A stretch of DNA of 64,000 nucleotides from Aminipila sp. (GTDB lineage Bacteria; Bacillota; Clostridia; Peptostreptococcales; Anaerovoracaceae): contig JBKECQ010000041.1 of the NCBI GenBank assembly GCA_047974845.1, positions 37,314-101,313 on the forward strand, read 5' to 3'. Of the stretch, positions 1-8,894 are shown piece by piece. The first letter of the stretch is position 1. The number at the start of each line of letters is the position of its first letter. The notes under the pieces were generated by a model. That model was not told the DNA's origin. It ran no database searches and worked only from the letters and a program-made list of their open reading frames with translations. Position numbers and translations under genes: made by a program.

Positions 1-1
1 T

Positions 2-718
2 GGAGCAAGTTTAATCGGAACTTCTTTAGCAAAAGAGCTGTCTAATGACAAGCAAAAGCATATTGGATATGTGGAGATTCCACAAACTATGAGAAAAAAT
101 TATTTATTTGATAGTTTAGGCATGGATAAAAGGTTTGCGGGAAGAACATTCTTTAATTTATATAAGGAGGTAGCAGAGGGTAGAAATATTTCAAATCTTA
201 TTAATTTAGATGAAAGAATTAACTGGGCATTACAGATACCTAAGACCATGGGATCATGTAAGGATAAACCGTTAGAACGTATTGAGTTAGAAAATATTGA
301 GTTAGAAAATATTGTACTATGTAGACTGGTAAACAATATTGCCGCTGATATTGTTATTTGCGATATATCAATTGGTGAGAATAGGGAGGAGCTGTTAAAA
401 GATGTTGACTACATAGTATGTGTAATAGATCCATTACCATCAAAGGTTATAAATGGATACGATGAAATATGTAAAATAAAAAGATATAGCTTAATGGAGC
501 ATAAGGTTTTATGGGTGGTGAACAAATATAATGAAGGTATTAACATGAAAGAATTCAATGAATTTATAAAAATTAAAAATTACATAAAAATTCCTGCAAT
601 TCCCATTACAGAATTTTATTCGGCAGAATACAATTGTAAATTACCATATAGCATAAAGTCAGTAAATTCAATGTTAAAGCCACATATACAAAAAATAATT
701 CACCAACTTAACACCTAA
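2..718 (+). CDS. MinD/ParA-fold (CpaE/AAA_31-like) protein, C-terminal part; the 5' end lies upstream of the window
   Basis: The frame is open from nt 2 (GASLIGTSLAKELS... precedes the listed Met at 71). The C-terminal half has MinD/ParA-like strands (VCVIDP, WVVNKYN). No Walker A is visible inside the window. Confidence 0.4.
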   Translation, partial: GASLIGTSLAKELSNDKQKHIGYVEIPQTMRKNYLFDSLGMDKRFAGRTFFNLYKEVAEGRNISNLINLDERINWALQIPKTMGSCKDKPLERIELENIELENIVLCRLVNNIAADIVICDISIGENREELLKDVDYIVCVIDPLPSKVINGYDEICKIKRYSLMEHKVLWVVNKYNEGINMKEFNEFIKIKNYIKIPAIPITEFYSAEYNCKLPYSIKSVNSMLKPHIQKIIHQLNT

Positions 719-859
719 ATGTAACACTTTTGTAATGAATGTAGCTATTTAAAAAAATGTCAGACTAATGTATAATGAAATGATGATATTTATATTAAAT
801 TGTAGAAAATAGGCAAATTGGATTTATAACAATAAATAGTAACAGGGAGGTTACCCTAT

Positions 860-1600
860 ATGATAGTTTTTGAGAACGTTACCAAAACTTATAGGACAAA
901 TATAGGCTTGGATAATGTTAGTGTTAAGATTGACAAGGGAGACTTTGTTTTTTTGGTGGGACCCAGCGGCGCAGGGAAATCCACTTTTATTAAACTTATA
1001 CTTAAGGAGATTGATGCAGACTCGGGGAGCATCAAGGTAAACGGAAGCGAAATTACTACTTTACCAAATAGAAAAATTCCAAAACTTAGGAGAAGTACGG
1101 GTATTGTTTTTCAGGATTTTAGGCTCTTACCTAAGATGACGGTTTATGAAAATGTAGCTTTTGCAATGGAAATAATACATATGAGTCCCAGAGCTATAAG
1201 AAGACAAGTACCTCAGGTCTTAAGCTTAGTTGGAATAAGTAATAAAGCAAATAAGTATCCCGATGAATTATCGGCAGGGGAACAACAGAGAGTTGCCATT
1301 GCCAGAGCAATAGTTAATAATCCAACAGTAATGATTGCGGATGAACCAACGGGAAACCTTGACCCGGATACTGCATGGGAAATAATGAGATTATTAGAAC
1401 AGATTAATCTAAGAGGAACTACTATTGTAATGGTAACTCATGCAAAAGATATAGTAGACAAAATGGGAAAAAGAGTAATTGTTATTGAAAAAGGTAAAGT
1501 TGTACGAGATGACGTTGGTTCCTATATAAAAGAAGAGGACACCAAAAAGCATATTCATACAGGAATGTATAAAGGGGGGGTATTTGGCGGTCATGTTTAA
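860..1600 (+). CDS. ftsE: Cell-division ABC transporter ATP-binding protein FtsE
   Basis: Walker A GPSGAGKST, signature LSAGEQQR and Walker B MIADEPTGNLD are present. The N-terminus MIVFENVTKTY is typical of FtsE. An RBS GGGAGG lies upstream and ftsX follows. Confidence 0.92.
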   Translation: MIVFENVTKTYRTNIGLDNVSVKIDKGDFVFLVGPSGAGKSTFIKLILKEIDADSGSIKVNGSEITTLPNRKIPKLRRSTGIVFQDFRLLPKMTVYENVAFAMEIIHMSPRAIRRQVPQVLSLVGISNKANKYPDELSAGEQQRVAIARAIVNNPTVMIADEPTGNLDPDTAWEIMRLLEQINLRGTTIVMVTHAKDIVDKMGKRVIVIEKGKVVRDDVGSYIKEEDTKKHIHTGMYKGGVFGGHV

Positions 1601-2486
1601 TAGCATCAGATATACATTAAAGCAAGCCTTTATTCAGGTATTTAGGAACAGAACCATGAGCTTAGCTTCTGTCTTTTCTATAACGGCAATGCTTTTAATT
1701 TTAGGACTGTTTTTCGTTTTAATCGTTAACATAAATATGGCAGCTGAGGCGGCAAAGCAAGAGTTTGACACTGTACAAGTGTACCTTTTAGATTCTACGA
1801 CACCTGAACAAGCAGAGACAATGATAACTGAGGTAAAGGGGTTAAGAGGGGTAGCTGACGTATCTTATCTTTCAAAGGATGACGCTATTCAAAATTGGAA
1901 AGCTGATTGGGGAGAAAATGCATACTTGCTTGACTCTCTTGCAAGCAATCCGTTACCAAACTCTATAATGGTGAAAGTAGAAAGCTTAGAAACCTCTGAT
2001 ACGGTTGTAAAAGCATTGAAGGCCTTTGAGGGCGTAGAAGATATAAAATATTATAAGGAAACCGTGGACAAGCTTGTAAAAATAACTGACTCGATTCAGA
2101 TTGCCGCATTAATTATAATGATATTTCTAGTGGTAGTTTCGGTGGTAGTTGTGTCAAACACAATTAAACTTACTGTACTGGCAAGATCAAGAGAAATTCA
2201 CATTATGAAATATGTTGGTGCAACAAATTGGTTTATACGAGGACCATTTTTAATAGAAGGCATCGTTATTGGGCTTATTTCTGCAGGAATTTCAGTGGGA
2301 ATAGTGGCCTTGGTATATGGAAAAGTTGTTGAACTAATTGGTCAGGATTTATTCTTGATTTTGTCAACCCCAATGGTTTCAGCGGGATTTTTGACAACTA
2401 ACCTAGTATTTATATTCCTTGCAATAGGGGTTAGCATAGGTGCGTGTGGAAGTATTATCTCTATGAGAAGATTCTTAGATACATAG
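1593..2486 (+). CDS. ftsX: Cell-division permease-like protein FtsX
   Basis: FtsX architecture: TM1, a large extracytoplasmic loop, then 3 C-terminal TMs. It overlaps the ftsE stop. I prefer the ATG at 1593 (12 nt after a G-rich RBS) over the listed TTG at 1584. Confidence 0.88.
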   Translation: MFNSIRYTLKQAFIQVFRNRTMSLASVFSITAMLLILGLFFVLIVNINMAAEAAKQEFDTVQVYLLDSTTPEQAETMITEVKGLRGVADVSYLSKDDAIQNWKADWGENAYLLDSLASNPLPNSIMVKVESLETSDTVVKALKAFEGVEDIKYYKETVDKLVKITDSIQIAALIIMIFLVVVSVVVVSNTIKLTVLARSREIHIMKYVGATNWFIRGPFLIEGIVIGLISAGISVGIVALVYGKVVELIGQDLFLILSTPMVSAGFLTTNLVFIFLAIGVSIGACGSIISMRRFLDT

Positions 2487-2500
2487 AAAGGAAAATACAT

Positions 2501-3619
2501 ATGAAAAAGTCAATATCCTATACTCTAATCTTGCTACTTGTTTTGTCTTTAGGGGCATGGAGTATTTCATACGCGGGAACAACACAAGACAAGTTAGACG
2601 ACGTTAATGGACAGCTTAGTGATGTTAAGCAACAATTGAACGAAGGTAAAAAGCTTGAAAATAATTTGAATAAAGAGATACAGGCTTTGGAAAATAAAAT
2701 TAATGATTCACAGGCAGAAATTAATGCTCTTAGCGGAAATATTGCCGCTACTCAAAAGAAAATTAACGATGCACTGGCAGAACTTGATAAACTTGAAAAA
2801 GATATGGAAGTTCAGAATTCAAATCTAAATGGCAGATTAAGAACAATGTATAAAAATGGTTCGGTTGGCTTTATAGATGTACTTCTAGGATCTACAGGCA
2901 TCTCTGATTTAATGACAAATATGGATAGAGTCCAGAGAATTTATGATAATGATAAAGATGTAATGGAAGAGTTGCAAAAACAGCATGCCGTTATAGCCGC
3001 TCAAAAGAAATATTTACTTGATTTACAATCTGAATTGGTTGCGGCACAAAATGAAGAGGCTGAAAAGAAAGCGTCACTAAGCGAGGATAAATCTGTGGTT
3101 GCGGATAAGAAAGCTGAGGTTGCCAGTGACAATAAAGCATTGGAAGAAATGGAAAAAGCATTCTTGGCGGAAGCAAATAGATTAAAAGCGGAAATTCTTG
3201 CGGCGCAAAGTACCGGAACAAATTACAACGGGGGAACAATGGCTTGGCCTGCACCGGGAGTTACAAGAATTACTTCTCCTTTTGGCTATAGAATTCATCC
3301 TATTTTAAAAGTAAAGAAATTACATACCGGTATAGATATTGGAGCACCTTCGGGAACTACTATAGTTGCGGCAAATGATGGCACTGTTATTAAGGCAGGC
3401 TGGAATAACAGTTATGGAAATGTTGTAATGGTTGACCACGGAGGTGGTATTGTAACATTATATGCTCATAACTCCAGCCTATTGGTAAGTACAGGCGATG
3501 TTGTTTCTAGAGGTCAAGCTATTTCAAAATCAGGGTCTACAGGACAGTCTACTGGCCCACATCTTCACTTTGAAGTTCGTGTAAACGGTGACTATAAAGA
3601 TCCTAAGGCTTGGGTATAA
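2501..3619 (+). CDS. Secreted coiled-coil M23 (LytM) peptidase, EnvC/PcsB-like partner of FtsEX
   Basis: Signal peptide MKKSISYTLILLLVLSL, a long Q/E/K/L coiled coil, and a C-terminal M23 domain (HTGIDIGAPSGT..., HLHFEV). The ATG at 2501 follows an RBS GAAAGGAAAA; the listed start at 2444 lies inside ftsX. Confidence 0.9.
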   Translation: MKKSISYTLILLLVLSLGAWSISYAGTTQDKLDDVNGQLSDVKQQLNEGKKLENNLNKEIQALENKINDSQAEINALSGNIAATQKKINDALAELDKLEKDMEVQNSNLNGRLRTMYKNGSVGFIDVLLGSTGISDLMTNMDRVQRIYDNDKDVMEELQKQHAVIAAQKKYLLDLQSELVAAQNEEAEKKASLSEDKSVVADKKAEVASDNKALEEMEKAFLAEANRLKAEILAAQSTGTNYNGGTMAWPAPGVTRITSPFGYRIHPILKVKKLHTGIDIGAPSGTTIVAANDGTVIKAGWNNSYGNVVMVDHGGGIVTLYAHNSSLLVSTGDVVSRGQAISKSGSTGQSTGPHLHFEVRVNGDYKDPKAWV

Positions 3620-3641
3620 AATTCAAGGAAAAAGGCGATAA

Positions 3642-5282
3642 ATGAATAAAATTAATCCGATAATAATAGAATTATTAAAAAAAAGAGGGATTTCAGGTGA
3701 TGCTGAAATACTTGAATTTTTGTCGGACAAACCACAAAAAACATATGATCCATTCCTGCTTCACGATTTAGAAGCGGGGGTGGATTTAATACTGTCCGCA
3801 ATAAATAATAAGAAAAAAATATGTATATATGGAGATTATGATGCAGACGGAGTAACTTCAGTTAGTATTCTTATGCAATTCTTTTCAAATTTTGATGCAG
3901 ATATTACTTATTATATACCTTCCAGATTTGATGAGGGCTATGGCTTGAACAAGGGCGCCATAGACTATATTAAAAACATTGGAACAGATTTAATAATAAC
4001 GGTTGACTGTGGTAGCGTGTCTTGTGACGAGGTAGAGCACGCAAAGGAAATTGGATTAGAAATAATAGTTACAGACCATCACAGCATCGCAGATAATGCT
4101 GCTGATTGTATATTAATCAATCCCAAGCACCCAAACTGTAAATACCCGTTTAAATATTTGGCAGGTTGTGGTGTGGCATTTAAACTTGCACAAGGAATAC
4201 AGCGAAAATCAGGTATTTCCAAAAGGGCTGTAAATGAACTTTTAGATTTAGTTGCAATTGGAACAATTGGCGATATAGTTCCATTGGTTGATGAAAACAG
4301 AACTTTAGTTAAATATGGCATGAATGTAATAAAAGATGGTCATAGACTAGGGCTGTCTAAACTTATCAATGGCATTTCATTAAACTCAAAATTAATAAAG
4401 TCAGATAATGTAGCATTTGGCATTGTCCCTCATTTAAATGCGGCGGGAAGAATGAAAGCTGCTAAAATAGGTGTAGATCTGATGAATTGCAAAGAAATAA
4501 ATCAGATTGATGTGATAGTTGAAGATTTAATACATAATAATAGGAATAGAAAGAGGGTACAAGAAGATACCTTCGCTGAGTGTGATAGGATTATCCAGAC
4601 ACTGCATAAGGATGACTTGTTTTATATAGTTAATTGTGAAGAAGCACATGAAGGCATTGCAGGTATTGTTGCAGGGAAATTGAAGGATAAATATCACCGA
4701 CCTACCATTATACTTACCCCAACGGGAGAAGGATTTTTAAAAGGGACAGGAAGAAGTATCAGCAAAATAAATCTTTATAATGTATTAAAGGAGCAGGAAG
4801 ATTTATTTGAAAGATTTGGCGGACATTCGGGAGCCTGCGGTCTTTTAATGCAGGAAGAAAAGTTACCAATATTTAGGTCTGCAATTGCAGATAGTATGAA
4901 AATGCTTTTGGAAAGTGACCCAAGTGCATTTGATGACGATAAAGAGGCTGATATTGTATTGGAAGGTAAAGAAATAACTTTTGACTTTATAAGGGATATA
5001 GAAAAACTTGCTCCATTTGGCAGTTGCAATGAAAGACCCTATATTGCATTAGAGGAAGTAGTAATTGCCAAAGTTCAATACATGGGGTCAGAAGGAAAGC
5101 ATGCTAAATTTTCGGCATGTTGTCGTGACGGCAGTGTAATACAATCTGTATTTTTTAATCGAGCAGAGGAATTTAAAGACAAGCTTTTTTCTAATTCCCC
5201 ATTAAGGCTTTTGGGAAGCCCGGAAATTTCGGAATGGAATGGAAATAAAAGAATACAGTTTTTAGTAAGTGATATTAAATAA
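3642..5282 (+). CDS. recJ: Single-stranded-DNA-specific exonuclease RecJ (DHH/DHHA1 family)
   Basis: GDYDADGVTS, TVDCG, VTDHH and GGHSGACG motifs appear in canonical RecJ order, and the N-terminus LLKKRGI...FL is RecJ-like. Confidence 0.85.
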   Translation: MNKINPIIIELLKKRGISGDAEILEFLSDKPQKTYDPFLLHDLEAGVDLILSAINNKKKICIYGDYDADGVTSVSILMQFFSNFDADITYYIPSRFDEGYGLNKGAIDYIKNIGTDLIITVDCGSVSCDEVEHAKEIGLEIIVTDHHSIADNAADCILINPKHPNCKYPFKYLAGCGVAFKLAQGIQRKSGISKRAVNELLDLVAIGTIGDIVPLVDENRTLVKYGMNVIKDGHRLGLSKLINGISLNSKLIKSDNVAFGIVPHLNAAGRMKAAKIGVDLMNCKEINQIDVIVEDLIHNNRNRKRVQEDTFAECDRIIQTLHKDDLFYIVNCEEAHEGIAGIVAGKLKDKYHRPTIILTPTGEGFLKGTGRSISKINLYNVLKEQEDLFERFGGHSGACGLLMQEEKLPIFRSAIADSMKMLLESDPSAFDDDKEADIVLEGKEITFDFIRDIEKLAPFGSCNERPYIALEEVVIAKVQYMGSEGKHAKFSACCRDGSVIQSVFFNRAEEFKDKLFSNSPLRLLGSPEISEWNGNKRIQFLVSDIK

Positions 5283-5296
5283 ATAAACTCATATAT

Positions 5297-5336
5297 TATG
5301 GTATAATGACTGCAAAAGTAGCCATTATAAGATTGG
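5297..5336. repeat. Copy 1 of a 3-copy palindromic intergenic element (TTATGgTATAATGACTGCAAAAGTAGCCATTATAAGATTG)
   Basis: Near-identical sequence occurs at 18973-19010 and 46213-46256. The imperfect 12-bp arms are 5303-5314 and 5318-5329. A TGnTATAAT extended -10 motif is embedded in the left arm. Confidence 0.8.
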
Positions 5337-5434
5337 AGTGCCATGCCAGAATTTCGCCATGGGCGAAAAGGCATATGGCGGATTATATCATAAAACTTTT
5401 AGTTTTATGATATAATAACTTGCGGAGGCAAAGA

Positions 5435-6616
5435 ATGATACAAATAAAAAAACGTAATCTAGTGATTATAATAATCATTTCATTTCTTTTGGGTGGAGCT
5501 ATAACCTTTTCCGGTATAATCTTCTACCCGGGGCAGACAGTTGTAATAAATAGGGATGACTATAACGTTTATAAAGATATCATGCAGAGATATTCAAAAG
5601 TGGAATCTTTATATCAAACATTAAACCAATACTATTATAAGGACTTAGATCAAGATAAACTTATAGAAGGTATGTGTTATGGTTTATTTGAGGGAACAGG
5701 TGATCCTTACACTAACTATATGTCAAAGGAAGAATATGACAACCTTATGATTAAAACAACCGGAAAGCTGGAAGGCATAGGAGTCACAGTGGGTGCTAAT
5801 ACCGATGGTTACATCGTAGTTGTTTCTACTGTAAAAGGCAGTCCGGCAGAGAAGTCGGGAATTCAATCAGGTGATTTAATTATTGCTGTTGATGGTGTGT
5901 CTTATAAAGGCTCTGAACTAGATAGTGCTGTGGCAAATATGCGTGGTGCAGCAGGTTCAAAAGTCAAGGTTGCATATATAAGGGATGGCAAACAAAAAGA
6001 GGTTGAACTAACAAGGGCTAGTATTACTCTTGAATCGGTTTTCTCTGAAACATTGGATAATGGTATAGGCTATATTTATATTAGCAACTTTGAAACAAAG
6101 ACAGGTGAGGAGTTTAAGAAAGAACTTCATGGATTTGAACTAAAAGGTGCAAAAGGTGTTGTTATTGACTTAAGAAATAATGGCGGCGGAGTTGTAGAGA
6201 GCGGAATTGAAGTGGCAGATTTGCTGTTAGATGAAGGCGTGCTTGCCTATACTGAAGGTAAAGCCCAAGAGCGCACGTATATGAATACAACAGAAGGTAA
6301 GACTACATTGCCATATGTTATTTTGATTAATGAAGGAACAGCTAGTACCTCAGAAATAGTGGCGGCAGGCATAAAGGATAACAAGGGCGGTAAGATTGTA
6401 GGAACAAAATCTTTTGGAAAAGGTGTAATACAATCAATGGCACCGCTTAAAGACGGTGACGCTATAAAGATAACTGTATCTCAATACTTTTCACCTAAAG
6501 GAAAAGTGATACATGGCATTGGAGTAGAGCCTGATTATGAGGTTGAATTACCACAAGACAGCAAAGTTGATACACAACTTAACAAAGCAATAGAATTATT
6601 AACACAAGAAAATTAA
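5435..6616 (+). CDS. S41 family carboxy-terminal processing peptidase (CtpA/CtpB-like) with PDZ domain
   Basis: An N-terminal TM, a PDZ region (GSPAEKSGIQSGDLIIAVDG), the catalytic region GTASTSEIVAAG and the SFGKG lysine motif. The ATG at 5435 follows an RBS GGAGG; the listed start is a TTG at 5420. Confidence 0.9.
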   Translation: MIQIKKRNLVIIIIISFLLGGAITFSGIIFYPGQTVVINRDDYNVYKDIMQRYSKVESLYQTLNQYYYKDLDQDKLIEGMCYGLFEGTGDPYTNYMSKEEYDNLMIKTTGKLEGIGVTVGANTDGYIVVVSTVKGSPAEKSGIQSGDLIIAVDGVSYKGSELDSAVANMRGAAGSKVKVAYIRDGKQKEVELTRASITLESVFSETLDNGIGYIYISNFETKTGEEFKKELHGFELKGAKGVVIDLRNNGGGVVESGIEVADLLLDEGVLAYTEGKAQERTYMNTTEGKTTLPYVILINEGTASTSEIVAAGIKDNKGGKIVGTKSFGKGVIQSMAPLKDGDAIKITVSQYFSPKGKVIHGIGVEPDYEVELPQDSKVDTQLNKAIELLTQEN

Positions 6617-6693
6617 AGTTGAATTTAAACATATAAAAAATTAAAGTTTAAATTGTGACACAAGAAAATTAAAGTTTAAATTGTAAGATAAAA

Positions 6694-6744
6694 ACCTAGG
6701 ATAGATGTAGCTGAATCAGCAAATCATCATTCCTAGGTTTTTTA
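6694..6744. terminator. Bidirectional hairpin terminator between the S41 peptidase and CaCA genes
   Basis: AACCTAGGA...TCCTAGGTT outer stem with inner GCTGA-A-TCAGC pairing, flanked by an A-run on the left and TTTTTT on the right. It sits between convergent genes. Confidence 0.7.
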
Positions 6745-6758
6745 ATTAGTGCCTTTTC

Positions 6759-7718
6759 TTATCTGCTTATAATATAGAATGTATATAGTATGTACATTGC
6801 TACCATTATTGAGCCTTCAATTCTGTTAAGGGTTCTACCCATTATAAAAAATATCCAAGTTACTATACTGATAGCTACTAGCAATATCATATCGGAAATA
6901 GATAGGATATTTATAGTTATTGGATGTATTAATGAGGAAAGCCCCAAAACAAATAAAATGTTAAAGATATTAGAACCTAAAGCATTTCCAACAGCTAAGT
7001 CACTTTCTCCTTTAAGTGCAGCAACGACACTTGTAATAAGCTCCGGCAAAGATGTACCGATGGCAACAATGGTAAGCCCTATTAGTGCACTGCTTATGCC
7101 AAAGGACAGTGCAATATCGCTGGCAGAATCAACCACCAGTTTACCACCAAAAATAATTGCTACAAGCCCTAAAAGTGATTTAAATAGGGATGGCAAAATT
7201 GGTAACTGAGAATTACTTTTTACAGAGTTTTTAACTGGGCTCTTTTTGTGTTTACCGGCTTCAGGTAACATGATTATTAAAAGATATATAACAAAAATTA
7301 TGAGAAATATTATTCCGTCAACTCTTGAAAAGTCTTTTTCAGAAGAACCGGGCAAAATAAAATCCAAAGCAAGTATTAGCATAAGTCCTGAAATAATGGT
7401 ATTAAGCGGAAAATCACGCTTTAAAAGCATAGGTTCAATTTCAACGGGTTTAATAATAGCACAGACTCCAAGAACTACTAGCGTATTAAATATATTGGAA
7501 CCCACAACATTTCCCGTAGCAATATCATTTTGTCCAATAAGTGCCGCAGTAGTGCTAACAGCAGCTTCAGGAGCACTTGTACCCATTGCCACTATGGTTA
7601 GACCAATAATAAAAGATGGGACATTGAACTTTTTTGCTATACCTACGCTTCCGTCAACGAAAACGTCAGCACCTTTAACTAATAAAAAGAATCCTAAAAC
7701 AAGCAACATATAATGCAT
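6759..7718 (-). CDS. Ca2+/Na+ antiporter, CaCA (YrbG-like) family
   Basis: Two alpha-repeat motifs (GTSAPE...[10 protein letters not shown] and GTSLPEL...[11 protein letters not shown]) and about 10 TM segments. Confidence 0.9.
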   Translation of the reverse strand: MHYMLLVLGFFLLVKGADVFVDGSVGIAKKFNVPSFIIGLTIVAMGTSAPEAAVSTTAALIGQNDIATGNVVGSNIFNTLVVLGVCAIIKPVEIEPMLLKRDFPLNTIISGLMLILALDFILPGSSEKDFSRVDGIIFLIIFVIYLLIIMLPEAGKHKKSPVKNSVKSNSQLPILPSLFKSLLGLVAIIFGGKLVVDSASDIALSFGISSALIGLTIVAIGTSLPELITSVVAALKGESDLAVGNALGSNIFNILFVLGLSSLIHPITINILSISDMILLVAISIVTWIFFIMGRTLNRIEGSIMVAMYILYTFYIISR

Positions 7719-7840
7719 ATAAATAATTTACCTTCTTCCTTTTCATAATATCAAAAAATTTTACCACATAATACCTCCCTTTGCAATTGACATTAGTTCA
7801 TTTTATTGATAAGCTAAAAAAGTAAATTTTCTAAATTTTA

Positions 7841-7869
7841 TTGCGTTTCATAGACTAAAGTGTTATAAT
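7841..7869 (+). promoter_or_regulatory. Sigma-A-type promoter of yerC (TTGCGT-17 nt-TATAAT with upstream TG)
   Basis: -35 TTGCGT at 7841-7846, a 17-nt spacer, TGt then TATAAT at 7864-7869, about 40 nt before the yerC ATG. Confidence 0.6.
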
Positions 7870-7909
7870 TATACGGTAAAGTGTTAAAGTGTTCGAAAGG
7901 AGCAAAATT

Positions 7910-8209
7910 ATGGCATATGAATCAAAATTTAAACGTGAAGATATTGATGAGTTGTTTAAGGCTATTTTGACATTACAAGATGAGGAAGATTGTTACAGAT
8001 TTTTTGAAGATATCTGTACTATCAATGAAATACACGCTATTGCACAGAGATTGCAAGTAGCAAAGCTACTTTCACAAAAGAAAACTTATAGTGAAATTGA
8101 AGAGGCGACTAAAGCTAGCACTGCTACCATTAGTAGAATAAATAAATGTTTAGTTTATGGTGCTGAAGGTTACCAAAGAATTTTAGCTAGGCTAGACGAA
8201 CAGAAGTAA
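7910..8209 (+). CDS. yerC: YerC/YecD family TrpR-like DNA-binding protein
   Basis: LFKAILTL...EE...FFEDICTINE...AQRLQVAKLL...TYSEIE..T.ASTATISR is the YerC/YecD signature. The ATG at 7910 follows an RBS AAAGGAG. Confidence 0.85.
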   Translation: MAYESKFKREDIDELFKAILTLQDEEDCYRFFEDICTINEIHAIAQRLQVAKLLSQKKTYSEIEEATKASTATISRINKCLVYGAEGYQRILARLDEQK

Positions 8210-8234
8210 ACTTTACATATGAATGAGGCATAAT

Positions 8235-8275
8235 AAGCACCATGTATATTATCTTGATATATATGGTGCTTTATA
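8235..8275 (+). terminator. Hairpin terminator after yerC
   Basis: AAGCACCAT...ATGGTGCTT stem with inner AT pairing, followed by a T/A-rich tract. Confidence 0.55.
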
Positions 8276-8291
8276 TATATAGGAGATAAAT

Positions 8292-8894
8292 ATGAATCTA
8301 TATATCTATAAGGGCGTAGGTAACAATGAGGATAAGGGGAAGGAACTAATAAACATTGCATTAAAAAACTACACCGGAGATAACAATGTAAGGCTCTCAA
8401 TTAAAAGGACAGAAAGTGGTAAACCATATTTCAGCAATTTAAATATTAATTTTTCAGTTAGTCACTCAAATGATGTATGGGCTTGTTTGATGGCTGATTT
8501 TAATGTGGGCTTGGACATACAAGAGGAAAGAACTGTAGCATATGAGAAAATATCCAAAAGATTTTTTGTAAAGGATGAGTATGAATATATAAGAGAAAAG
8601 GGTAAAGAGGCATTTTTTGATATTTGGACAGGTAAAGAGGCATTTGTTAAATATACGGGCAATGGTTTTGCAAAAGAAGGTTTTGATACTTTCAAAGTTA
8701 TTTGTAATGGAGAAATTGCTAAAGAAATAATATGGAATGATGAGCAGGTAAAGTTATATAAACTAAATATGAATATAAAAATGAGAGAAGCACTGGAATT
8801 TAGAAACTTCTATGGTGCGGTTTGCTCTGCAAAAGAGGAAAAAATATACTATAAATATATAGCATTAAGTGGTGAGGTATTAGATTATGATTAA
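8292..8894 (+). CDS. 4'-phosphopantetheinyl transferase, Sfp type
   Basis: GKPYF, FSVSHS, GLDIQ and WTGKEAFVKYTG motifs are present. Confidence 0.85.
   Translation: MNLYIYKGVGNNEDKGKELINIALKNYTGDNNVRLSIKRTESGKPYFSNLNINFSVSHSNDVWACLMADFNVGLDIQEERTVAYEKISKRFFVKDEYEYIREKGKEAFFDIWTGKEAFVKYTGNGFAKEGFDTFKVICNGEIAKEIIWNDEQVKLYKLNMNIKMREALEFRNFYGAVCSAKEEKIYYKYIALSGEVLDYD

Noticed and set aside
5075-5374. Listed 99-aa ORF on the - strand overlapping the recJ 3' end and the palindromic element
   Set aside because: It is antisense to a well-supported gene, has no RBS and shows no recognisable motif.
6599-6690. Short duplications of the S41 peptidase 3' end (ACACAAGAAAATTAAAGTT and AAATTAAAGTTTAAATTGT each occur twice)
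   Set aside because: This looks like local slippage in AT-rich DNA just before the terminator. No function is suggested.
6790-7713. Two listed + strand ORFs (139 and 155 aa) opposite the CaCA antiporter
   Set aside because: These are antisense shadows of a gene with clear family motifs.
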